Origin: an uncultured Dehalococcoidia bacterium
GTDB lineage: Bacteria > Chloroflexota > Dehalococcoidia > Lucifugimonadales > Australimonadaceae
Length of the DNA: 45,073 nucleotides
Reading direction: 5' to 3'
NCBI GenBank assembly: GCA_964391355.1
Contig: CAYMJY010000004.1
Location: 1-45,073 of the forward strand
Both the position numbers and the translations under genes were made by a program. The notes under the pieces are model-generated. The model ran no database searches. It was given only the letters and a program-made list of their open reading frames with translations, and had not been told where the DNA came from. Positions 29,391 through 37,938 of this stretch are shown in pieces (the stretch's first letter is position 1; each line of letters begins with the position of its first letter).

Positions 29391-31168
29391 AAGCAGATCA
29401 AGTCCTTTATCGAAAATGGCGACCTCCAAAATTCGCAGACATAGTCGGCCAAAATGCTATTACCCTTACTCTAAGTAGGGCGGTAGGCATGGATAGAATC
29501 GCACATGCCTATTTACTTTGTGGGCCTCGAGGAACTGGGAAAACTTCTACGGCAAGAGTACTGGCTAAAGCTCTAAATTGCTCAAACATGGCAGAAGGAG
29601 CAACGGACCCTGACGGTGTTTGCTCAAATTGTACTGCGATCGATTCAGGATCCTTTATGGATTTAATTGAAATCGATGCTGCTTCAAACCGTGGCATAGA
29701 TGATATGCGCGATCTGAGAGAAAAAGTGCAATACTCCCCTACCGTGGGGAAGTACAAGGTCTACATAATCGACGAAGCCCATATGCTAACCGTTGATGCT
29801 GCAAACGCCTTTTTGAAAACTTTGGAAGAGCCCCCTCCGTATACCGTCTTTATCCTCGCAACGACAGATCCCGACAAACTTCCCGCCACAATCGTTTCTC
29901 GATGTCAGCGTTTCGACTTCAAGCGCATCTCTACTACTGATGTTGCAACAAGGCTGAGTGAGATTGCTCAAAATGAAGGCGTTAATGCGGAAATAGAGGG
30001 ACTCCACACCATAGCTAGAGCTTCAAGCGGTAGTTTGCGTGATGCTACTAACCTCCTAGATCGATTGATCGTTACGCATGGCATGCAATTAACACTAGAA
30101 AATGTTCGAGAGGGATTGGGAATCACTAGCGAGGACACCGCTATAGCTTTGGTCAAACATCTTCTGGGTGGCAACACCACCCAAAGCTTAGAACTTATTA
30201 ATAACATTGCAACTGATGGTTTTGATCTTAGGCCCTTACTTAAGAGTTCTGTAGAACTTTTAAGGGCTACATTGTTAATTAAAAGTGGCGTTCAGGACTC
30301 GAGTGGATTATCCAAAGAAGCACAGCTAGAACTAGGTGGGCTAGCTGCACGAGTACCTCTCACCACTATAGTCCGTACCTTAAAAATTTTCAGTGCAATC
30401 TCGTTGAGGAATGAGCAACCAGTATCTTTGCCTATTGAACTGGGAATTATAGAACTAAGTGTCGAATCTGAAGTATCGGAGGTCGGGCCTAGGCAATCCA
30501 GTACACCTATACAGAAAAACCAGCCTATTCCAAATATTCAGCACCCTCCACTAGAAAAAATTGCAAAGCCCCAAACATCGCCACCGATGGACTCCGTCAG
30601 CGTCGAGAATAAAAGCCCAAGCAGCTACGTCCCTCAAAAAGCGATCCCACATCAGGCTTTTTCTCCAGAATCATCCACAGATGAACGGTTATTGTCCACT
30701 TGGAATACTATCTTGAGATCTTTAAGCAGAATACCAAGGAATAAGTTTGATGTTGGTGCCCTTTTGAGAAGTTCAAGAGAGCGAATAATTGAAGACAACG
30801 TTTTAGTCGTCAAATTTTCCCATCAGTCAAACTGTGAAAGGCTCCAAGAGGAACTTAATGATCCTCGGTGCAGAATCGCAGTCGAACAAGTTTTAAGTGA
30901 TACTCTTGGAGAAAAGTTTTCTCTAAGGGTCGAAGCTATTAACTCTAAGCCAGATGCTTCCATCGATACTTCTCATGGGCATTTGATTAGAGCAGCAATG
31001 AACCTTGGCGGACAAGTTATAGATGATGCAATTCAAGATGATCAACAAGACGGAGATTTAAGTATTCGATCAACGGAGGAAAGTACAGATGAAATGGAAA
31101 CAACCTCAGCCCAAAGGGAACCGCAACCTCCTGAAACAAGCACAACAGATCCAAACACAGATAGCTAA
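29387..31168 (+). CDS. dnaX: DNA polymerase III subunit gamma/tau
   Basis: LYRKWRP, GPRGTGKT, IDAASNRG, IIDEAHML, KTLEEPP, SRCQ. Confidence 0.97.
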   Translation: MKADQVLYRKWRPPKFADIVGQNAITLTLSRAVGMDRIAHAYLLCGPRGTGKTSTARVLAKALNCSNMAEGATDPDGVCSNCTAIDSGSFMDLIEIDAASNRGIDDMRDLREKVQYSPTVGKYKVYIIDEAHMLTVDAANAFLKTLEEPPPYTVFILATTDPDKLPATIVSRCQRFDFKRISTTDVATRLSEIAQNEGVNAEIEGLHTIARASSGSLRDATNLLDRLIVTHGMQLTLENVREGLGITSEDTAIALVKHLLGGNTTQSLELINNIATDGFDLRPLLKSSVELLRATLLIKSGVQDSSGLSKEAQLELGGLAARVPLTTIVRTLKIFSAISLRNEQPVSLPIELGIIELSVESEVSEVGPRQSSTPIQKNQPIPNIQHPPLEKIAKPQTSPPMDSVSVENKSPSSYVPQKAIPHQAFSPESSTDERLLSTWNTILRSLSRIPRNKFDVGALLRSSRERIIEDNVLVVKFSHQSNCERLQEELNDPRCRIAVEQVLSDTLGEKFSLRVEAINSKPDASIDTSHGHLIRAAMNLGGQVIDDAIQDDQQDGDLSIRSTEESTDEMETTSAQREPQPPETSTTDPNTDS

Positions 31169-31421
31169 AGCACAGGAGGAAATGGATTTAGCAAAAGTCG
31201 AGGCTTCTGCAGGAGGAGGTGTTGTTAAAGTTATCGCTACTGGAAAACAAACTATTGATTCAATTGTAATAGACCCTTCGGTAATCGATCCAGAGGACAT
31301 CGACCTGCTGCAAGATTTAATTATGACTGCTGTAAACGATGCCTTAGAGAAATCAAAAACCATGGTCAGTGAACGCATGGGCTCGATTACCGGAGGTCTT
31401 GGGCTACCCGGATTACTTTAA
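31089..31421 (+). CDS. ybaB: YbaB/EbfC nucleoid-associated protein
   Basis: KQAQQIQ, ASAGGGVVKV, IDPEDIDLLQDLIMTAVNDAL; SD GGAGGA at 31075-31080. Confidence 0.93.
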   Translation: MKWKQPQPKGNRNLLKQAQQIQTQIAKAQEEMDLAKVEASAGGGVVKVIATGKQTIDSIVIDPSVIDPEDIDLLQDLIMTAVNDALEKSKTMVSERMGSITGGLGLPGLL

Positions 31422-31423
31422 AA

Positions 31424-32047
31424 ATGAATCAGAATAATGCTTCAAACAACCAAGCCTTAGCTGCGCCGATAGCGAGACTAGTCCAGCAATTTCACAAAAT
31501 GCCTGGTATAGGTCCTAAATTGGCACAACGTTTAGCATATTGGCTGATAAGGATGCCCAAAGAAGAGTCCATTTCCCTTGCCGAAGCAATTGGTGCTATA
31601 AAAGAGCAGACAACATTTTGCAGCGACTGTCAGAACATTACTGAACAAGATCCATGTCCAATCTGTGATGATCCAAGTAGAGATCGAGCACGCATATGTA
31701 TCGTTCAAGAACCCTTGGATGTATTGGCATTGGAAAAGACCGGTGCCTTCAAAGGTATATACCACGTATTGCATGGGGTCCTTGATCCGATGAGTAATAT
31801 TGGCCCTGATGAAATTCGGATAAAGGAGCTATTGATTCGAATCAATTCATCTAAAATTACTGAGTTAGTGCTTGCTACCAATCCAAATGTTGAAGGAGAA
31901 GCAACAGCTATGTATATCCAGCAATTAGCTTCTCCCTTCGTCGATAAAATCACTAGACTCGCTCGTGGCCTACCTGTTGGTGGTGATCTTGAATATGCGG
32001 ATGATCTGACTTTAACTCGAGCTTTTGAAGGGCGCCAATCAGTTTAA
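31424..32047 (+). CDS. recR: recombination mediator RecR
   Basis: MPGIGPKLAQRL, CSDC..CPIC, YHVLHG, TNPNVEGEATA, GGDLEYAD. Confidence 0.97.
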   Translation: MNQNNASNNQALAAPIARLVQQFHKMPGIGPKLAQRLAYWLIRMPKEESISLAEAIGAIKEQTTFCSDCQNITEQDPCPICDDPSRDRARICIVQEPLDVLALEKTGAFKGIYHVLHGVLDPMSNIGPDEIRIKELLIRINSSKITELVLATNPNVEGEATAMYIQQLASPFVDKITRLARGLPVGGDLEYADDLTLTRAFEGRQSV

Positions 32048-32599
32048 TTAATCACTAAATCGTCGAAAACAACCTTCATCATGATCGTTTATTAAACCCG
32101 CTGCCTGCATAAATGAATTACAGATAGTTGGACCAATAAATTTCCACCCTTCGGATCGCAATTGTTTTGACATTGCGGCTGATTCTGCTAAATAGCCATA
32201 TGCATTTCTTTGCACTAATGGAGCAAATCGCCAGAAATATGCATCCAGCGAACCAAATTTGTCCCGAACTTCCAAGGCTCGGGCGGCATTATTTATTGTT
32301 GCCAAAATTTTCAACCTATTCCTGACAATTTTCACGTTGGTTAAAAGGCTTTCGATCTTAGCGTAGTCGTAATTTACAATTTGGTGGAAGTCAAAATTAT
32401 TAAAGGCTTCCCTATACCCAACTCGCTTGTTAAGAATAGTCAGCCATGACAAACCTGCTTGAGCAATCTCAAGCGAAATAATTTCAAATAAACGAACATC
32501 ATCATGAGTAGGTGTTCCCCATTCTTCATCATGGTACAGTTCCATCAATTGGTCATCTTTTCTTACCCAATTGCAACGATTTAATGTTTCGCTACTGAT
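32048..32599 (-). CDS. tag: DNA-3-methyladenine glycosylase I
   Basis: YHDEEWG, QAGLSWLTIL, IVRNRLKI, FIGPT, NDHDEGCF. The conserved RCxW lies upstream of the ORF-track start; proposed start is the ATC at 32599. Confidence 0.92.
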   Translation of the reverse strand: MSSETLNRCNWVRKDDQLMELYHDEEWGTPTHDDVRLFEIISLEIAQAGLSWLTILNKRVGYREAFNNFDFHQIVNYDYAKIESLLTNVKIVRNRLKILATINNAARALEVRDKFGSLDAYFWRFAPLVQRNAYGYLAESAAMSKQLRSEGWKFIGPTICNSFMQAAGLINDHDEGCFRRFSD

Positions 32600-32729
32600 A
32601 TTTGTTCTCCTCTTTTGTTCAAATTGGTAGTCTGGCTATAGAGTAATAGTATACAAAACAAAAACACGGGATAAATTAACCTAAAAGGATTTCAAGGCAA
32701 TCACAACACTAAACCAAAATCCTAGGACG

Positions 32730-33497
32730 TTGAAAACTCAAGCGATCGTACTACGTTCGTTTGAAGACGGCGAGGCAGATAGAACTATATTTATTCTGAC
32801 ACCGGAAATAGGCAAGATAAAGGTTAAGGTCCGTGGAGCGCGAAGGATTAATAGTAGATTGGGTGGGCACACCGATCTGCTCAATCTTGTTCTATTAAAT
32901 ATATCCATTGGAAAGCGATCAAACATCGTAACTTCAGCTGACTCAATAAACAGCTTTATCAACCTCAAGTCTGATCTCGAACGTTTAGCAGTTGCTATAT
33001 ACCTAGCAGAGCTTATCAACTCACTAGTTCCTGAAGAAATACCGCACATCGGGGTTTATCATATATTTCGACGATCTCTAGAAGAGCTTAACAAAAACCA
33101 AGATCCTCAAATTATTTCTAGATACTTAGAATTGAAAATATTATCCGAAACCGGTTATTCACAAGAACTTTATAATTGTGTTTTATGCAGGAGCGAGATA
33201 CTCCCCAATCAGCATTCATATAATCCTTCTTTGGGAGGAGTTATATGCTTAAATTGCCCCGTAAACCCAAGCCAATCGCTTCCGCTATCACTAAACTCTC
33301 TTAAAGTACTTCGGTATTTTGACCGCTCTGAACTCAATCACACGCTCAGTATAAATTTAGATAGGCAGGTCCAATCTGAGTTGGAGAAAGTATTAAATCA
33401 GAGTATTTCATGGATTATAGACAAACAAAGCAAAGCTCGTAAGTTTGTAGAACATTTGCAGACCATCCGGGAGAATAACTCTGAAGTTATTTCATAG
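32730..33497 (+). CDS. recO: DNA repair protein RecO
   Basis: KTQAIVLR, EADR, GKI..KVRGARR, CVLC and CLNC zinc ligands. Confidence 0.93.
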   Translation: MKTQAIVLRSFEDGEADRTIFILTPEIGKIKVKVRGARRINSRLGGHTDLLNLVLLNISIGKRSNIVTSADSINSFINLKSDLERLAVAIYLAELINSLVPEEIPHIGVYHIFRRSLEELNKNQDPQIISRYLELKILSETGYSQELYNCVLCRSEILPNQHSYNPSLGGVICLNCPVNPSQSLPLSLNSLKVLRYFDRSELNHTLSINLDRQVQSELEKVLNQSISWIIDKQSKARKFVEHLQTIRENNSEVIS

Positions 33498-34052
33498 TTT
33501 CTCCGATATAGCTTCGGCTAATTCTAAGTGAACTGTTCGATTAATACGGTCAACGGTCATCTCTAACTCAACTGCCACAACTAATCGTCCATTTAAAAAT
33601 GTGACAATACTTGGAGGCTCGATAAAACCAGAAAGTCCTTCACCTGAAAGAACACCATAATAGGAGCGATCCCCAATTTTAGAGTTTGTTATTGTCAAAT
33701 TTTCGCTCAATACAAAATCGTTCAATGTTTCTCTCGCATGTCGGTCAGTGAAAAATTGGAAAATATACAAACCGAGAGGAGAGTCCTCTTGGTCATCTAA
33801 ATACAAGGCAATATATTGGTTTTCCATTCCATAAACACCAGCAAAAACATGGTGTTTGATCGCATCATCCGCCTTAGATTTGTCAAAAACCTCTCTTTTA
33901 CTTAAAACTACTCCCAAAGACTCAGAAGCCTCTTGTAGTGATAATAAATCTGGAAATGTTTTTTGGTTTAGAGGCTCAGTTGAACAAGCTATTACCGAAA
34001 ATATAAAAACCCAAAACAATAATACATATCGAAGCTTAGAGAAAGTCACCAT
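33492..34052 (-). CDS. hypothetical lipoprotein
   Basis: Basic N-terminus and hydrophobic stretch ending in a VIAC lipobox-like Cys; no recognisable family. Confidence 0.65.
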   Translation of the reverse strand: MVTFSKLRYVLLFWVFIFSVIACSTEPLNQKTFPDLLSLQEASESLGVVLSKREVFDKSKADDAIKHHVFAGVYGMENQYIALYLDDQEDSPLGLYIFQFFTDRHARETLNDFVLSENLTITNSKIGDRSYYGVLSGEGLSGFIEPPSIVTFLNGRLVVAVELEMTVDRINRTVHLELAEAISEKL

Positions 34053-34097
34053 AATGCAACATCGGGTTTTCCAAATTTCAAACTCTGCACCACTCCC

Positions 34098-34502
34098 CTA
34101 AACTGTATCCGAGACGATCAATGGAGCTTCAGAAATTTCACCATCTACAATCCAAAAATTTCGAATTTGGGGGTTTTCTTTGTCCATCAAAGAAATAAGC
34201 ATGTACTCGGCATCTGGCCAAGTAGCCAATCGAACATCTGTGGAAGATGGGAAAGCAGGTGTATGTGTATGAGAATGGTAAATGGCACCTAATTCCCATC
34301 CGTTATCTTCTATTTCGTTATAAGCATTCAGAACCTGTTTGCCGTCCATACTATACCGATAAGGACTTTGCTCCACATTTGTAATGGGGTAAAGCTTTAC
34401 TGCAACTCCTTCTCTTGAACCCAAGATTCCACAACATTCGTTTGGCATTTCACTAATCGCATGCCTGATTAGGTCATCTTTAATTGATTTCGATATTTGC
34501 AT
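34098..34502 (-). CDS. M67/JAMM (Mov34) metallopeptidase, Mec-like
   Basis: PNECCGIL and the YHSH-x-x-x-x-x-PS-x-x-D JAMM zinc motif. Confidence 0.92.
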   Translation of the reverse strand: MQISKSIKDDLIRHAISEMPNECCGILGSREGVAVKLYPITNVEQSPYRYSMDGKQVLNAYNEIEDNGWELGAIYHSHTHTPAFPSSTDVRLATWPDAEYMLISLMDKENPQIRNFWIVDGEISEAPLIVSDTV

Positions 34503-34526
34503 ACTATATTTCCCTGATTTCTTGTA

Positions 34527-35567
34527 TTACCTATCAACGATAATTGGAAATTCCAAAGAGTCGCTAACACTGCCAATCACCTTGTTGAATACGCCTTTTG
34601 CCTTAAGTGCGCTTAAAAACAACGTTAATTTTGCAGTTGGTATTGAAATAAGTAATCCACCAGAAGTTTGGGCATCACATAGCAATAATTTATCAGAATC
34701 TGAAATCTTTGAACCCCAGCCTACTTTTTGACCCAAAGTCTCTAAGTTAGTAATAGTTCCACCTGGAACTACTCCTTGATTTAATAGATCTCGCGTACCC
34801 TCTAGCTCAGGAATGAAATTAGCATTGACTAATGCAGTTGTTCCGCTGCTCTCCATCATTCTATGCAGATGGCCAACTAGACCAAATCCCGTTACATCTG
34901 TAGCCGAACTAACACCAGCTGAATTCATTACTTCAGATGCCTCACGATTTAAAATGCGCATAACCTTAACGGCATTGTCTAAGACTTCTGGTGACACTAT
35001 TTGATTTTTAGCTGCAGTCGAAATAATACCAGTGCCCAAGGGCTTTGTGAGCACCAAAGAATCCCCGGGCTTAGCCCCTACATTCTTAACCAAATTCTTG
35101 GGATCGACTGTGCCAGTAACCGCCATTCCATACTTGGGTTCCTTGTCTTTGATTGTGTGTCCGCCCGCCACAAGCATTCCAGCGTCTCGAGCAACTTCTG
35201 AGCCACCTTCCAGTATTCGAGCTAAGATAGAAATCGGCTGGTCTTCTGGAAAACACACAATATTTAAAGCCAGTACTGGTTTTCCTCCCATAGCGTACAC
35301 ATCACTAATCGCGTTAGTTGCCGAAATAGCTCCAAATTCAAAAGGGTCATCTACTATAGGTGGGAAAAAATCGACAGTTTGGATGATTGCAAGATTATCA
35401 GCAAGGCGATACACGGCAGCATCATCACCGGTCTCTATACCTACTAATAGCTCTGGGTGGCTGATATGAGGTATGTGCTTTAGCACTTCACCGAGAACCT
35501 CGGCGTTAAATTTTCCTGCTCAGCCCGCGCATGTTGCCAGACTTGTTAACCGAGTCACATTCTCCAT
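34527..35567 (-). CDS. selD: selenide, water dikinase (selenophosphate synthetase), selenocysteine-containing (U16)
   Basis: MENVTRLTSLATCAG-TGA-AGK from the ATG at 35567 is in frame with the track ORF (DDAAVY, TVDFFPP, NAISDVYAMGG, GGHT, TDVTGFGL, DAQTSGGLL). Confidence 0.95.
35489..35505 (-). promoter_or_regulatory. bacterial SECIS-like hairpin
   Basis: CGCCGAG-GTT-CTCGGTG stem-loop begins 14 nt 3' of the UGA (35522-35520), with a G-rich apical loop. Confidence 0.75.
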
Positions 35568-35632
35568 GGCATAAGTATATAGGTGATTTCATGTAACAGC
35601 GAGCATTATACTTAGTGTATAAGGAGGATGTC

Positions 35633-35875
35633 ATGGCTAATGGAATTGTGCTTAAGAGTAGTAAAGAAGGAGATCGGCTTGAAATAGGTTGTACACACCA
35701 AAATGGGTTATTGTACGTTGTTCCATCAGCTGCTAATTGGGTTTGTGACAAAAAAACTGTACCCGCGCATGCCCTTGCGGGGTTCCTTAGGGATGTATTC
35801 GAACTAAACCTATCTTCTGTTCAGGAAATAGCTCAAAAATGGGGTATTTATTATCGCGAAAGGCCACTAGATTAG
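35633..35875 (+). CDS. small hypothetical protein (80 aa) with Cys/His residues
   Basis: Perfect SD AAGGAGG (35621-35627) before the ATG at 35633; protein-like composition; fills the gap between selD and ftsH. Confidence 0.75.
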   Translation: MANGIVLKSSKEGDRLEIGCTHQNGLLYVVPSAANWVCDKKTVPAHALAGFLRDVFELNLSSVQEIAQKWGIYYRERPLD

Positions 35876-35887
35876 CTGGAATTATAA

Positions 35888-37762
35888 TTAACTTGCACCG
35901 AGTGCTGCATTTCCATCCAGTGGTGGGGCTTCCGATTCAAAAAGCTCAGCCAAATCCTTACCCTCAACGGTTTCGTTTTTCATTAAATACCTAGCGACTT
36001 GGGCTAATTTTGCGTAGTTTTCGCTTAAAACTTTTTTCGCATGCGCATAGGCTTCAAAGATCAACCCGTTTACCTCATCATCAATTTCTTGGGCAACACG
36101 CTCAGAATAATTGCGTTGTTCAGATATTTCTCTGCCTAAAAATACCAATTCTTGAGTCTGTCCAAATGTTCTTGGACCTAACTTATTGCTCATTCCGTAG
36201 CGTGTGACCATAGCACGTGCCATCTGTGTCACCTGCTCTAAATCATTTCCAGCTCCCGTTGTAACCTCACCAAAGGTGATTTCCTCAGCTACACGTCCTC
36301 CCAATGCCATAGCCATGCGGTCTAAAAACTGATCCCTTCTCATAAAAAGACGATCTTCTTCAGGAACAGATTTTGTATAACCAGCAGCCATGCCACGTGA
36401 CACAATGCTTATTTTTTGAACAGGATCAGCATTGGGCAATACATGGCCAACAATGGCATGTCCGCCTTCGTGATATGCAACTATCTCTTTCTCACGCTGG
36501 GATATCACACGGGTTCTACGCTCTGGTCCCATCAAGACTCGATCGACTGACTCAGCAAATTCCTCTAATCCAATTTCCTTTTTAGATCTCCTTGCAGCAA
36601 GTATGGCAGCTTCATTAACTAAATTGGATAAGTCTGCGCCCGTGAACCCAGGGGTCGATTGAGCTATTTCATTCAAGTCCAAATTAGCAGTAAGTGGTTT
36701 CCCTTCACTGTGCACCTTTAAAATGGCAACTCGTCCATTGATATCTGGCAAATCTAAAACAACCCTTCGATCAAACCGTCCAGGGCGTAATAATGCAGGA
36801 TCAAGAATGTCGGGTCTATTAGTCGCTGCAATTACAATCACGTTGGTGTTAGTGTCAAACCCGTCCATCTCAACCAAAATTTGATTCAGAGTTTGTTCTC
36901 TTTCATCATGACCACCGCCAAGCCCTGCACCTCGTTGGCGACCCACAGCATCAATTTCATCAACAAAAACAATCGCAGGCGCATTGCGTTTTGCTTGGTC
37001 AAATAAATCTCTCACTCGAGATGCTCCGACTCCTACGAACATTTCGACAAATTCAGAACCGCTAATTGAAAAGAATGGTACTCCAGCCTCGCCAGCCACT
37101 GCTCTGCTAAGTAAAGTCTTGCCTGTCCCAGGTTGACCAACCATCAAGACACCCTTGGGAATGTGTGCACCTAGCTCTAAGAATCTTTCAGGAAATTTCA
37201 AAAATTCAACAATCTCTTGTAACTCGGTTTTTGACTCTTCGACACCTGCCACATCGGCAAATGTAACTGTGGGGCGGTTGCCGGTTAACATCCGAGCACG
37301 GCTTTTACCAAATCCCAATGCCTGATTATTTGTTCCTTGAGCCTGCCTCATCATAAAGAGCAGTATTGCACCAAAGAAAATAAGTGGTAAAAATTGGAGT
37401 AAGACACCAAAAAGGCTTCCAAATCCTCCAGCCTCTTTTACGTCAATCTGTATACCCTTAGCCGCAGGTTGAATTCCCTCTGCAGCAAAAATCTCAAAGA
37501 TGCTAGTGCCTGGTTCTTTAGCTGCACTGAGTGGTTCATTTGGAGACAAACGAGGTGTAACTAATAAACGATCACCATCAACGACAATCCTAGTGATTTC
37601 GTCTCGCTTCGCCATATCCAGAATTTGAGTTAGGCTTGCTGATTTTGCATTCTCCGATGAGGAAACCATCGTGAAAAATACTACAATCAGCACCACGAAA
37701 ATCATCAAATAAACAAAGCTATTGCCAAACCAACGCCTACCGCCCATATCCCCCACTTTCAT
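35888..37762 (-). CDS. ftsH: ATP-dependent zinc metalloprotease FtsH
   Basis: Two N-terminal TM segments, [36 protein letters not shown]. Alternative start at 37747. Confidence 0.98.
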   Translation of the reverse strand: MKVGDMGGRRWFGNSFVYLMIFVVLIVVFFTMVSSSENAKSASLTQILDMAKRDEITRIVVDGDRLLVTPRLSPNEPLSAAKEPGTSIFEIFAAEGIQPAAKGIQIDVKEAGGFGSLFGVLLQFLPLIFFGAILLFMMRQAQGTNNQALGFGKSRARMLTGNRPTVTFADVAGVEESKTELQEIVEFLKFPERFLELGAHIPKGVLMVGQPGTGKTLLSRAVAGEAGVPFFSISGSEFVEMFVGVGASRVRDLFDQAKRNAPAIVFVDEIDAVGRQRGAGLGGGHDEREQTLNQILVEMDGFDTNTNVIVIAATNRPDILDPALLRPGRFDRRVVLDLPDINGRVAILKVHSEGKPLTANLDLNEIAQSTPGFTGADLSNLVNEAAILAARRSKKEIGLEEFAESVDRVLMGPERRTRVISQREKEIVAYHEGGHAIVGHVLPNADPVQKISIVSRGMAAGYTKSVPEEDRLFMRRDQFLDRMAMALGGRVAEEITFGEVTTGAGNDLEQVTQMARAMVTRYGMSNKLGPRTFGQTQELVFLGREISEQRNYSERVAQEIDDEVNGLIFEAYAHAKKVLSENYAKLAQVARYLMKNETVEGKDLAELFESEAPPLDGNAALGAS

Positions 37763-37878
37763 CCTAGCAGTCCGAGATTATCTTACAGAAATCCCAAAAA
37801 CGAAACTATTGGCCCTCTATTGTATACGATAAACCTCAAAAAATTTAATTACCCACTACGCATAATTGCAATGGATCG

Positions 37879-37908
37879 TTGACGCTTTTTACTAAGTCAA
37901 CCTATTAT
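37879..37908 (+). promoter_or_regulatory. sigma70-type promoter for greA-like gene
   Basis: TTGACG-N18-TATTAT. The ORF-track TTG start is this -35 hexamer. Confidence 0.6.
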
Positions 37909-37938
37909 GTGAATACTCCAATATTTAGGAAGTCTTGC

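Noticed and set aside
30551-30645. A-runs in the dnaX linker as a gamma/tau frameshift site
   Set aside because: The runs are GAAAAAATT and CAAAAAG, neither the A-AAA-AAG heptamer nor a T9 slippage run, and I saw no downstream hairpin.
37879-37938. 20-codon N-terminal extension of the greA ORF from the TTG at 37879
   Set aside because: That TTG is part of the -35 hexamer; the ATG at 37939 has an SD.
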